NCBI GenBank assembly: GCA_050250895.1
Contig: JBFWNU010000001.1
Span: forward strand, 3,744,149-3,808,148
DNA: 64,000 bases
Direction: 5' to 3'
Source of the DNA: Vulcanimicrobiota bacterium
GTDB lineage: Bacteria > Vulcanimicrobiota > Xenobia > Xenobiales > JADMJV01
Positions within the stretch are counted from its first letter, which is position 1, and every line of letters begins with the position of its first letter. A program made the position numbers and the translations under genes. Below are positions 20,056-29,570 of the stretch, piece after piece. The notes under the pieces were generated by a model, which saw nothing but the letters and a program-made list of their open reading frames with translations, was not told where the DNA came from and did not search any database.

Positions 20056-21324
20056 ATGCAGAGCTTGGTGGGCATTCTGGTGGTAGCAGCGGTGGTCGTG
20101 CTGTTGGCCCGCCGGGCCGAGGTGCGGCTGGTGCTCCTGGGGGGAGGCTTCGTGCTGGCCTGCCTGGGCGGCCAGCCGCTCTTGATCTTCGATGTCTTTG
20201 CCCGGGCCATGGTGGCGGGCCTGGTCGCTCCCATCTGCGCCGCCATGGGTTTTGCGGCGGTCATGACCCACACGGGTTGCGACCGCCACCTGGTCGAGTT
20301 GTTGGCCCGGCCCCTGCGACGGGCGGGAGCAGCCGTGGCCGCCGGGGGGATCGTGGTGGCCTATCTGGTCAATGTGGCCGTGCCCAGCCAGACCAGCACC
20401 GCGGCGGCTGTGGGACCGATTCTTGTTCCTTTAATGCAGGCTAGCGGTTTGTCACCGGTGCAGTCGGGGGCGGCGCTGGTGCTGGGCGCCTCTTTCGGAG
20501 GCGACCTGCTCAATCCGGCCGCCCAGGATCCGATGGCCATCGCCGGCACCACCGAGCTTTCCGCTCCCCTCATCTATGCCCGGGTGTGGCCTGCCAGCTT
20601 GCTCGGACTGCTGGTAGCCGCGGCCGTCTTTCAGTGGCAGGTGCGCAAGTCGCTGTCCGCACCCCGGGCCCTCGACTCCCACGGACAGGTCCATCTGGGT
20701 AAAGCGCTGGTGCCGCTGCTGCCGTTGACCCTCCTGCTTTTGGCCTACGCAGGACTGCCACCCCTGGGCTGGTTGCTCGAGGCCCCGGCTGGAGAGGCCT
20801 GGGAAGCGGTGGCCTCGGGCCTTCCCGTGGTGCGAGCGATGCTGCTGGGCGTGCTGGCCATCGGTTTGCTCTGTCGCGAACCGAACGTCGTTCGCGAGTT
20901 CTTCGAGGGGATGGGCCGAGCGTACGCCAGCATCATCTCGCTGACCATCGTGGCGCAGTGCTTTGGAGCCGGCCTGGCGGCGGTCGGTCTGGCCGACCTC
21001 ATTCTGGCGGCCGTGTCCGGTCACGCCTGGCTGACGGTGAGCATGGCCATCCTCTTCCCTCTGGCTCTGGCCCTCTTATCGGGGTCGGGCTCGGGGCCGA
21101 TTCTGACCTTTGCCCAGACCTTGCTGGTCAAGCTCGGGCCCGGCCACGAGCGGCTGGCCGCCATGGCCTGCCTCTCGGGAGCCTACGGGCGCACGGCTTC
21201 ACCCGTTTCGGCCGTGGTCATCTATTGCGCCGGACTGGTGAATGTCGACCCACGAGAACTGGTGGGCTGGGTTTATCAACCGCTGCTGGCGGGAGCGGTG
21301 GTCTCGTTCTTAGTGGCTCTTTGA
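20056..21324 (+). CDS. dcuC: C4-dicarboxylate transporter, DcuC family
   Basis: Highly hydrophobic; PICAAMGFAAVM, VPSQTSTAA, GRTASPVSAV. Confidence 0.75.
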   Translation: MQSLVGILVVAAVVVLLARRAEVRLVLLGGGFVLACLGGQPLLIFDVFARAMVAGLVAPICAAMGFAAVMTHTGCDRHLVELLARPLRRAGAAVAAGGIVVAYLVNVAVPSQTSTAAAVGPILVPLMQASGLSPVQSGAALVLGASFGGDLLNPAAQDPMAIAGTTELSAPLIYARVWPASLLGLLVAAAVFQWQVRKSLSAPRALDSHGQVHLGKALVPLLPLTLLLLAYAGLPPLGWLLEAPAGEAWEAVASGLPVVRAMLLGVLAIGLLCREPNVVREFFEGMGRAYASIISLTIVAQCFGAGLAAVGLADLILAAVSGHAWLTVSMAILFPLALALLSGSGSGPILTFAQTLLVKLGPGHERLAAMACLSGAYGRTASPVSAVVIYCAGLVNVDPRELVGWVYQPLLAGAVVSFLVAL

Positions 21325-22011
21325 GATCAGGTTCGAGCGCACCGCCGCCAATTGCTCGGGGGTGACTCCCAGGCCGAACAGGTAGGGTTCGATCCCGCCG
21401 GCCTGGTCCACAGCCTTGAATACCTCGGCGATCCAGTCCTCTTGCACCTTCAGTTTGGGGGTGATGCGACGCGAGTGGATATAGTCGTCGAGGATCACCT
21501 CGCGGGGGGTTCCCAGGCTTTCCAGCAGCAAGGCGGTCAAAATGCCGGTCCGGTCTTTGCCGGCCGAGCAGTGAAAAAGGAGGGGATAGGTGTCGGGCTT
21601 GGCCAGGAGGGCGAAGAAGTCGCGGATCAGGGGTCGATTTTCTTCGAGATAGGACCCATAGGCTTCTCGACCCAGCCCATGGCTGTTGGCCATGGGCCAA
21701 TGGAGCTTCTTGAGAGGCGCGGTCAGATAGGTTTTGTCGGGCCCGTCCCTGGTGATCTCGGAGTCGAGCCGCAGTTCGAGAATCGTTTTGAGACCCATCC
21801 CCAACAGCTTTTCGGCATCCGCTCGCGACGCGAAGCAGAGGGCTCCGCTCCGGATCAGTTTGCCGGAGGCGACCGTTCCGCCAGCCGCGGGCAAGCCTCC
21901 CAAACCTCGGGTGTTGCGCGTGCCGTCGAGGGCGATGCGCCGGGCCTCGGGATTGGAGGGAAAGGCCAGGGCCGGGGCCACGGCCAGCAAAAGTAGCAGC
22001 CAGACTCTCAT
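21310..22011 (-). CDS. Secreted tyrosine-protein phosphatase (Y_phosphatase3 family)
   Basis: Signal peptide; NTRGLGG; FHCSAGKDRTG P-loop. Confidence 0.9.
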   Translation of the reverse strand: MRVWLLLLLAVAPALAFPSNPEARRIALDGTRNTRGLGGLPAAGGTVASGKLIRSGALCFASRADAEKLLGMGLKTILELRLDSEITRDGPDKTYLTAPLKKLHWPMANSHGLGREAYGSYLEENRPLIRDFFALLAKPDTYPLLFHCSAGKDRTGILTALLLESLGTPREVILDDYIHSRRITPKLKVQEDWIAEVFKAVDQAGGIEPYLFGLGVTPEQLAAVRSNLISKSH

Positions 22012-22499
22012 GGCTTGGGCAGGTGGGGTTTGACCAGGGCTTCGAAGGCTTCCAGCGGCTGGGCGCCGATATGGTGGGCCACGATGGTTCCGTCGGGGTC
22101 GATGACCCAGGTGGTGGGGATGCCCTCTACCGGAGGCAGCTTCTCGAGAAAGCTCTGCACCTCGGGAAGGTCGTGCATCACCACCGGGAAGTTGAGCTGC
22201 AGGCGCTCGGCGCCTTTCTTCATCTGTTCTTCAGACTGGTCATAGGAGATGCCCACCAGCTGCAGTCCCTGGTCTTTGTATTTCTCCTGCAGCTTGACCA
22301 GGTCGGGCATCTCGCCCATGCAAGGTCCGCACCAGGTGGCCCAGCAGTTGATGAGGATGACCTTTCCCTTCAGGCCCTCGGCCGAGATCGCGCCGGACTC
22401 GTGCGGAAAGCTGAACTTGGGGACAGGCCCGCCGGTGGCTTCTTGAGCCAGGGCGGGGAGGGCGCACAACAGGAAGAGACAGAGAATTCTTTGGATCAT
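22008..22499 (-). CDS. TlpA-family disulfide reductase
   Basis: Signal peptide; INCWATWCGPC; GIPTT. Confidence 0.9.
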   Translation of the reverse strand: MIQRILCLFLLCALPALAQEATGGPVPKFSFPHESGAISAEGLKGKVILINCWATWCGPCMGEMPDLVKLQEKYKDQGLQLVGISYDQSEEQMKKGAERLQLNFPVVMHDLPEVQSFLEKLPPVEGIPTTWVIDPDGTIVAHHIGAQPLEAFEALVKPHLPKP

Positions 22500-23479
22500 T
22501 TCGTTGCTCCTAACAGCGGATGGGGGGCCGGGACGTCCAACCATTCTAGCCCGGTGAAACCAGCCTGGCGACACATAGTTTCGAGCTGTTCCCGGGTGTA
22601 GACATCGCCGTCATGGGTGTGAACCAGCATGTTGAGACCAAACAGGAACGGGAAGAGGTTGCCCCGATTGGAAAAGTCGGGAATCATCTCGGCAATGATC
22701 AGCACTCCGCCCGGTTTCATCGCTTTGTAGACCCGTTGGAGCAGCTCTTCACATTGGCGATCTCCTTCGGAATGAAGAATGTGGCCAAGGTAGGCGAGGT
22801 CGAATTCTTGCTCGCCCAAATCGACAGTATGAAAGTCTCCCACTCGAAATTCATAGCGGTCTTGCACGCCGTGATTTTTCGCGAACAGACGGGTGACCCG
22901 GTCGAGCACGGGCTGCAGATCCACGGCCGTGACCTGGGCCTGAGGAGCCACTTCGGCGGCCGCAATACTCCAAACTCCCGAGCCGGCCCCGATGTCGAGC
23001 ACTCGCGTCCGGCTTGCCGCCCAATGACGGGCGGCCGCCTGGGCGGCCGGGTAGTTGAGGTTGAACAAGGCGTCGACCCAGACCGCAAAGAACTCGCCCC
23101 GATCACCCTCGAGGGCCGGGACCGGCGTCGTCCCGCTCACTACCGCCGGGGTCAGCTTGGACCAACTCTCCCAGGACATGTCGGATTGAATGGTCAGACC
23201 CCCTAGATAGCTGGGGCGCCCTTTGACCAGAAACGCCTCTGAAGCCTCGGAAAGACGAAGTCTGTCGCCCTCACGTTCGAGTAGTTCCATCGACCACAGG
23301 GCGTCGGTCAGGAGCCGCACGCCCCGGGGCGAAGCCCCGGTGCAGGAGGCCAGTTCCTCGACCGTCTTGGCACCGGAGGAGAGATGAGTGAAGAGGTCGA
23401 GTTCGACCGCGGTCGAGAGCGCCCGGGCGGGCACGTGGGCGAAGGTGTAGCGTAAGACTGTATCGGGTGTCACTGGCAT
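22496..23479 (-). CDS. SAM-dependent O-methyltransferase (family 2, with dimerisation domain)
   Basis: AVELDLFTHL winged helix; VLDIGAGSG; GDF; HILH. Confidence 0.9.
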   Translation of the reverse strand: MPVTPDTVLRYTFAHVPARALSTAVELDLFTHLSSGAKTVEELASCTGASPRGVRLLTDALWSMELLEREGDRLRLSEASEAFLVKGRPSYLGGLTIQSDMSWESWSKLTPAVVSGTTPVPALEGDRGEFFAVWVDALFNLNYPAAQAAARHWAASRTRVLDIGAGSGVWSIAAAEVAPQAQVTAVDLQPVLDRVTRLFAKNHGVQDRYEFRVGDFHTVDLGEQEFDLAYLGHILHSEGDRQCEELLQRVYKAMKPGGVLIIAEMIPDFSNRGNLFPFLFGLNMLVHTHDGDVYTREQLETMCRQAGFTGLEWLDVPAPHPLLGATK

Positions 23480-23553
23480 GGCCCAAGCTACGATGACGGA
23501 CTGCCATCCTCCTGGATGCAGGGGTTTTGGATACAGAGGCCAAGTGCTTGAGT

Positions 23554-25908
23554 ATGATCGGCGTCCGTCAAGGTTTGCAGCGCCGAGCCGATCAACTCGG
23601 CGAACTCTACGCGTTGACCGAAGCCGTCTCTCGGGCTGTCCGGCTAGAAGAGATCTACGAGGTTGCCATGGCCGGGTTACGCAGCGCGCTGGGTGCTGAC
23701 CGCACTGCAGTCTTGCTGTTCGACGCGCAACAGCAGATGCGCTTCAAAGCCTGGACTCATCTCTCGGATAGCTATCGCCAGGCTGTCGAGGCCCACTCGC
23801 CCTGGGCTCCCGACACCGTCGACCCCCAACCCGTCTTCGTACCCGACATCCTCGAAGACCCGAGTCTCGAGCCATTCCTCGAGGTGGTCACCCAGGAGGG
23901 CATCCGCTCGCTGAACTTCATTCCCCTGGTGGCCGAAGGCAGGCTGCTGGGGAAATTGATGCTCTATTACGACCAGCCGCGAGAGTTCGAAGACGACGAG
24001 AAGAGTCTGGCTGCTTCTTGCGCCTCGCAGATCGCATTCGGCATCGTCCGGCAGCTCAGCCAGGACGCGTTGCGCCACAGTCAACAACGCCTCGAACGAG
24101 CCCTCGATGCCGGACACATGGGCACGTGGGACTATGAACTCCACAGTCAGCGAGTGGTCTGGTCGCCCCAGGTCGAGGCTATCCACGGCCTGCCTCGGGG
24201 TAGCTTCGACGGAACCTTCGAAGCGGCTATCAGCGCGGTGCACCCTGACGATCGCGAGCGCGTCATGGCGGCGCTCGAGGCGGCGGCCCAGGGAAAGGTC
24301 GCCTTTGATGAGGAGTATCGGCTGGTCTGGCCCGACGGCAATGTGGTCTGGGTGCACGGCAAAGGCGATGTGGTGCGCGACCGCGACGGAGCCGTCGCAC
24401 GCCTGGCCGGCATCTGCATGGACGTGACCGAACGCAAGCACCGCGACCTTCTGCTGGCCGGGCAGAAAGAGGTCAAGGAGCTGATCATTCGGGGAGCTCC
24501 CTTACCTCAGGTGCTCGACCGTCTGGCCCGGCTGACCGAGAGCCAGGTGGAGGCGGTCAGCGCTTGCATCTGGTTAGTCGACCAGGAGCCGCACCCCCCG
24601 GACGGCCTGGTCCTGGGCTGGAGTCTCCCCTTGCTAAGTTCCAACGGCGAAAAGCTGGGCGTCTTTGCTCTTTATCGCCTCGAGCAACACGAGTCTCTAC
24701 TGCAGGACTTGCAGGTGTTGGAAGTGCTCTCGCAGACCGCCGCCATCGCCATCGAGCGACACCGGGCCGAGCAGGCCCTGCTGCTGGCCAAAGAGGCGGC
24801 CGACGCCGCCAATCAAGCGAAAAGCCAATTCCTGGCTAACGTCAGCCACGAGATTCGCACTCCCATGAACGGCATCGTTGGCGCCGTGGGTCTGTTGCGC
24901 CAGACCGCTCTCGACGCCGAGCAGAACGAATTGCTCGACATGGTCAAGATGTGCTCCGAGGTGCTCTTGACGGTCATCGACGATGTCCTCGACATCTCGA
25001 AGATCGAGGCCGGCGAGTTGCGTCTGGCGAGAGAGTCGTTTGATTTGCAAGCGACTCTCGAAGAGTGCGTAGCGCTGATGCGCGAGCCCGCCTCGGCCCG
25101 GGGCCTGACCGTCGGCCTCGAGACGGCCGATCTGCCCCTCGTGGAGGGCGATGCCATGCGCCTGCGCCAGGTCGTGCTCAACCTGCTCAACAACGCCGTC
25201 AAGTTCACCAATGATGGTCGCATCGACCTGCGGCTGCGGTGCCTGCGCTCGAACGTCGAACAGCTCGAAGTGCGGATCGAGGTCGAGGATACCGGCATCG
25301 GCATCTCACCCAGCCAGCGCGCTCGCTTGTTTCGCCCCTTTAGCCAGGTCGACGTCGGCTCGTCGCGGCGCTATGGAGGGACCGGCCTGGGTCTATCCAT
25401 CTCCAAGCAACTCGTCGAGATGATGGGCGGGACGATCGGCCTCGAATCCGAGGTCGGACGTGGCTCGCTCTTCTGGTTCACCGCGACCTTTCCCCGGGCC
25501 GCCCAGTCGACCGCACCCGCCACCACCTCTCCCCGGCCCGGCAGTTCAGACTTGCGCATCCTGGTGGCCGAAGACAACCCCATCAACCGTCGCGTGCTGC
25601 TGATGCAGCTGGAAGAGCTTGGCTACCAGGCCGAAGCTGTTTCGCACGGAGGCGAGGCCCTGAGCCTGCTCTCCGAGAGCGAATTCGACGTGGTTCTCAT
25701 GGATTGCCAGATGCCCCAGGTCGACGGCTACGAGGCCACCCGTCGGCTTCGCGCCCGGGCCGGCCACCAGCCCGTGGTGATCGCCCTCACGGCTCACGCC
25801 CTCGAGGGCGAACGAGAGAAATGCCTCGAGGCCGGTATGGACGACTATCTCCGCAAGCCCGTGCCTCCCGAGGAACTCCACTCGGTTCTCGAGCGCTGGG
25901 CTGGCTAA
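23554..25908 (+). CDS. Hybrid sensor histidine kinase (GAF, PAS, HisKA, HATPase, receiver)
   Basis: VHPDDRE PAS; FLANVSHEIRTPMNG; GGTGLGL; MDCQMP. Confidence 0.93.
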   Translation: MIGVRQGLQRRADQLGELYALTEAVSRAVRLEEIYEVAMAGLRSALGADRTAVLLFDAQQQMRFKAWTHLSDSYRQAVEAHSPWAPDTVDPQPVFVPDILEDPSLEPFLEVVTQEGIRSLNFIPLVAEGRLLGKLMLYYDQPREFEDDEKSLAASCASQIAFGIVRQLSQDALRHSQQRLERALDAGHMGTWDYELHSQRVVWSPQVEAIHGLPRGSFDGTFEAAISAVHPDDRERVMAALEAAAQGKVAFDEEYRLVWPDGNVVWVHGKGDVVRDRDGAVARLAGICMDVTERKHRDLLLAGQKEVKELIIRGAPLPQVLDRLARLTESQVEAVSACIWLVDQEPHPPDGLVLGWSLPLLSSNGEKLGVFALYRLEQHESLLQDLQVLEVLSQTAAIAIERHRAEQALLLAKEAADAANQAKSQFLANVSHEIRTPMNGIVGAVGLLRQTALDAEQNELLDMVKMCSEVLLTVIDDVLDISKIEAGELRLARESFDLQATLEECVALMREPASARGLTVGLETADLPLVEGDAMRLRQVVLNLLNNAVKFTNDGRIDLRLRCLRSNVEQLEVRIEVEDTGIGISPSQRARLFRPFSQVDVGSSRRYGGTGLGLSISKQLVEMMGGTIGLESEVGRGSLFWFTATFPRAAQSTAPATTSPRPGSSDLRILVAEDNPINRRVLLMQLEELGYQAEAVSHGGEALSLLSESEFDVVLMDCQMPQVDGYEATRRLRARAGHQPVVIALTAHALEGEREKCLEAGMDDYLRKPVPPEELHSVLERWAG

Positions 25909-25914
25909 TCCCTG

Positions 25915-26646
25915 GTACCCCGGTTGGCCCGGTTGGCCCCGGTTTGGCCCGGTTGGCCCCGGTTTGGACCGGTTGGGCCGAGTACGGCACGTGGTAGCGC
26001 CGAATTCGGCACCTGGTGGTGCCGTATCCCAGGCTTGGCCCGGTCGGCCCGGGCTTGGCCCGGTTGGGCCGAGTACGGCACGTGGTAGTGCCGAATTCGG
26101 CACCTGATGGCGCCGTACACCGGGCTTGGCCCGGTTGGGCCGAGTACGGCACGTGGTAGTGCCGAGTTCGGCACCTGGTGGTGCCGTACCCCGGGCTTGG
26201 CCCGGTTGGCCCCGGTTTGGCCCGGTTGGGCCGAGTACGGCACGTGGTAGCGCCGAATTCGGCACCTGGTGGTGCCGTACCCCAGGCTTGGCCCGGTCGG
26301 CCCGGGCTTGGCCCGGTTGGGCCGAGTACGGCACCGGGTAGCGCCGAATTCGGCACCTGGTGGTGCCGTACCCCAGGCTTGGCCCGGTCGGCCCCGGTTT
26401 GGCCCGGTTGGGCCGAGTACGGCACGTGGTAGCGCCGGATTCGGCACCTGATGGCGCCGTACCCCGGGCTTGGCCCGGCGGGGCAGAGTACGGCACCGGG
26501 TAGCGCCGCACCCCGGGTTTGGCCCGGTTGGGCCGAGTACGGCACGTGGTAGCGCCGAATTCGGCACCTGGTGGTGCCGTACCCCGGGCTTGGCCCGGCG
26601 GGGCCGAGTACGGCACCAGGTAGCGCCGTACCGCCGGCTTTGGCCA
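25915..26646. repeat. Modular palindromic repeat array 2 (9 units), same family as array 1
   Basis: GAGTAC unit starts at 25980, 26071, 26142, 26233, 26324, 26415, 26486, 26535, 26606; spacings 91/71/49. Confidence 0.9.
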
Positions 26647-26835
26647 GTTGCTTCGGCGAGGCCAAGATTCGATAACGAACACACGATCACTAGGGGCTCG
26701 GACGGGAATGGGCTGTCAGGGCTGAGACTGCGGGTCACAGGGCGCGTTCGCTAACACAATTTTAGCAAAGAATCGGCAATAGCCAGCTAAAGTTCTCGCA
26801 ACCTTCCGGACAAGTGGGTGGATGATAATCGTGAT

Positions 26836-27645
26836 ATGAACATTCCAGGCTACTTTGGAGAGCAAATTCGAACTGCCCGCAAGGGGAAGCAGTGGACCCA
26901 GCGCCAGGTTGAGGCCAGGCTCGAACTTCGCCGTGGCAGGTTGTCAGATCTAGAGAACAATCGCCGGCCTCCGACCGCGAGCGAACTCATCGAACTCGCG
27001 CGACTACTCGAGGTTCCGGTGGGCCGTTTGCGGAGCACCCTGGACGAGCCCGAGGAAGATTCTCTGGCTGCGGCCCGGAAGCGGTTCGCACCGAGCAATC
27101 GCTTCTATCCCAAGCAAGACCGTCCCAGTTTTGTCAGACTGGTGGCCGCGCGCCAAAAGTATCCCGAGCAGTGTCGGCAACTCGAATGGCTCATCGGGGA
27201 TCGGCCAGACCTGAGCAAAGTCCAGCTCTACTTGCGGGATCAGGCTTTCGATTCGAGGTTGGAAATGCTCGCGCATCTCCAGTTGCTAGTAGAGGGGGCC
27301 CGTCCCTGTTGGGAGTCTCCGGCGGCCTGGGGATTTGAGTCCGAGACCGTGATTGACCCGGTGAGTGGGCTTGGCATCGGCGGGCGTCGTCGACCCGCCT
27401 TGTATCTGGCTGGGCCGTCGGAGGCTATCATCTTTGCTCAGGTTGGCGTGCTGCTGTCTCGGCGAGCCTGCCTGGACCTGCTGGTGGGGACGCGCTCGGG
27501 CTGGCATTTCGTTGAGTTGGATGGAAAGGGGCACGATCCGTGGACCGATGCTCTGCGGGATGAAGTGTCGATTCCGATCGTTCGCTTCAACGAGGACGAG
27601 GTGTTGCGAGGAGGAATTCAGGGCTGGCTAGCCAGGGCGGCTTAG
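26836..27645 (+). CDS. XRE helix-turn-helix fused to a DUF559/Vsr-like PD-(D/E)xK nuclease domain
   Basis: IRTARKGKQWTQRQV...LSDLENNRR; then DSRLE...Q...LDLL...VELDGKGH...RD...IVRF. Confidence 0.7.
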   Translation: MNIPGYFGEQIRTARKGKQWTQRQVEARLELRRGRLSDLENNRRPPTASELIELARLLEVPVGRLRSTLDEPEEDSLAAARKRFAPSNRFYPKQDRPSFVRLVAARQKYPEQCRQLEWLIGDRPDLSKVQLYLRDQAFDSRLEMLAHLQLLVEGARPCWESPAAWGFESETVIDPVSGLGIGGRRRPALYLAGPSEAIIFAQVGVLLSRRACLDLLVGTRSGWHFVELDGKGHDPWTDALRDEVSIPIVRFNEDEVLRGGIQGWLARAA

Positions 27646-27712
27646 TCCCAGTCAAGGTCCGGGCGGCTTAGTCCCAGTCAAGGTCCGGGCGGCTTAGTCC
27701 CAGTCAAGGTCC
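27635..27712. repeat. Exact 26-bp tandem triplication between convergent genes
   Basis: GGGCGGCTTAGTCCCAGTCAAGGTCC at 27635, 27661 and 27687. Confidence 0.95.
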
Positions 27713-29412
27713 AGGTGGCACTGCTTGTATTTCTTGCCGCTACCGCACCAGCATGGGTCGTTACGACCGGGTTTTTTCAGGCGCGGAGTGGCGTCAGCCA
27801 GGTCGGCGGGGGAGGTCGGCCAGGTGACGCGGGCCTCGCGGCCGTCGCGGAGCGTGACGATCTGCTCCGAGTCGCCCTCGAGATCAAACTCGAAAGCCAC
27901 GGCCATCAGGTCAGTCATGAGTCGAAAGTCGTTGGTAGTTCCGGCTCCCCGGTCGGTAAAGCAATAGGGAACGACATCCACGTCCAAGGTGTGCAGATCG
28001 AGATCGTCGATCTCATCCCGTAGATGCACCGCTTCGGCCCCCTCGAGGTAGGTGACCAGGGCTTCGGGCTTGGCCCCGTCGCGCTCGGCCAGCACGTCCG
28101 AGGCGCTGCGGTCGTCGGTGAAGACCGCCAGGCCGTATTGCTCGGTCTCGCCTCCCCAGAGGCTGAGCAGGACCGGGTTGCGAGTCAGGCCCTCGACCAG
28201 CATGAGCTGCTCCTCTTCGATCTCGAGCCAGGGAGCCGTCAGGGCGAAACTGGCGGCCGTGAGCAGAAAGTGGTGTAGAACCTCGCGGTCGACGCCTTCA
28301 AAGGTCCAGTCGATGCCCTCCAGCAGGTTCTCGACCGTCTCCATGCCACGTTCCACCAGGGGGAGGGCGCGGCGGCTTTCGACCTTGAGACCGGTGTGGT
28401 CGCGCAGCAAGTCGACCAGGCGCCGATCGTCGACCACCAGCGCTTCTGGTCGCTCGTTCTCTTGGAGTGCCTCGTCGACAGTAGAGAAGAGCAACTCGAG
28501 GTCTTCATCGCGAGGACCGGATTGGAGGTTGAGGGTTTCGCCTCCGGGTTCGGACATCACCACCACGATCTCGAGGCCCTCTTCGCGAGGGAAGCGCTTG
28601 ACCAGATAGCGCAGCGCGGCGCGGTGGGGTTCGAGCTTGGTCAGGATCTGAGCGAACTCGGGGCTGTCTCGATCCAGCTCGAACAGGCCTTCAGAGTTCT
28701 TCACGATGGGCTTCTGTTGGCGCCACGACTTGATCAGGCTCTCTTCGCCAGCGGAAAGGTTGACGCCGGTGAGCGTTAGCCGGCGGGCCAGTTCGCTGAG
28801 AGGCAGGGGCTCTTCTTCGAGCAAGGCAGCTACCATGGCTTGCTTGATGTTGAGGCGAGCGGTCTTGTAGACATGCAGGGTGGGAGCCGGGTCGTCGGGC
28901 GGGAAATACCGCTCGAGAGCCCGGTCGATGCCTCGATAGTCGGGTTCTTCAAAGTCGAAGTCGTGTCCGACTGACTGGACCATCTGTTGGTGCTCAGGGT
29001 GGTCGGGGTTGACCAGGGCCTCGAAGGCGGGGATGCCGCCGCAATCTTCGGGCGGGGCCGGACCGGCCGCGGCCAGCAGCATTGGATAGTGGCAACTGGC
29101 CGCGTAGGGTCGAAGGATCTCGATGCCCATCTGCCAGTCGTCACCAAAGTCGTAGCGATAGAGAAAGTCGGGACGGTCGACCAGTAGTTCCCACAGGGGA
29201 ACCCTCTCGTCATTGCTGCCCTCGACAAACTCGGGGTCACCATAGACCTCGCCGTAGATCTCGAAGCTGTGGAGATGCCGATTTTCCCACAGCATGGACG
29301 CCTGCAGGGCCAAATGCAGGTCCAACAACGTCAGGTCGCCTGGCATTCGCAGGTGCCGCACGACTTCCACGTCGGTGTCCAGGAGGGTACAGCGTAGGTG
29401 GTAATCTTTCAT
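27694..29412 (-). CDS. pRiA4b ORF-3-like domain protein with C-terminal SEC-C motif
   Basis: LHLALQ...WENRHLHSF, YRYDFGDDW, PPEDCGG; GRNDPCWCGSGKKYKQCH. Confidence 0.88.
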   Translation of the reverse strand: MKDYHLRCTLLDTDVEVVRHLRMPGDLTLLDLHLALQASMLWENRHLHSFEIYGEVYGDPEFVEGSNDERVPLWELLVDRPDFLYRYDFGDDWQMGIEILRPYAASCHYPMLLAAAGPAPPEDCGGIPAFEALVNPDHPEHQQMVQSVGHDFDFEEPDYRGIDRALERYFPPDDPAPTLHVYKTARLNIKQAMVAALLEEEPLPLSELARRLTLTGVNLSAGEESLIKSWRQQKPIVKNSEGLFELDRDSPEFAQILTKLEPHRAALRYLVKRFPREEGLEIVVVMSEPGGETLNLQSGPRDEDLELLFSTVDEALQENERPEALVVDDRRLVDLLRDHTGLKVESRRALPLVERGMETVENLLEGIDWTFEGVDREVLHHFLLTAASFALTAPWLEIEEEQLMLVEGLTRNPVLLSLWGGETEQYGLAVFTDDRSASDVLAERDGAKPEALVTYLEGAEAVHLRDEIDDLDLHTLDVDVVPYCFTDRGAGTTNDFRLMTDLMAVAFEFDLEGDSEQIVTLRDGREARVTWPTSPADLADATPRLKKPGRNDPCWCGSGKKYKQCHLDLDWD

Positions 29413-29570
29413 TTTCGCAGACGCCTTTCGCCAAGGGGGTTGACCTGCCCTAGGCGGGTGTGGATAGACTTTTTAGGAGCGCTTGCGCTTCCATTCCCCG
29501 GAGCCGATCAGCCGGCTCGAAGGCGAACGGGTCGCCCACGGTTTGCTCAGGAGTGGTATCCTGGTGAAAG

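Noticed and set aside
22008-22011. TGA ending the second TlpA as possible Sec
   Set aside because: It is an ATGA overlap with the phosphatase start, i.e. ordinary translational coupling.
16805-26646. Repeat arrays as CRISPR or TIGR-type guide arrays
   Set aside because: Inter-repeat segments are themselves repeated, with no unique spacers and no cas or Nop-domain gene in the window.
25546-26738. Long Pro/Arg/Gly-rich ORFs across array 2 (and across array 1)
   Set aside because: Unit lengths 49/71/91 are not multiples of 3, so peptides cycle between frames; an artefact of stop-poor GC repeats.
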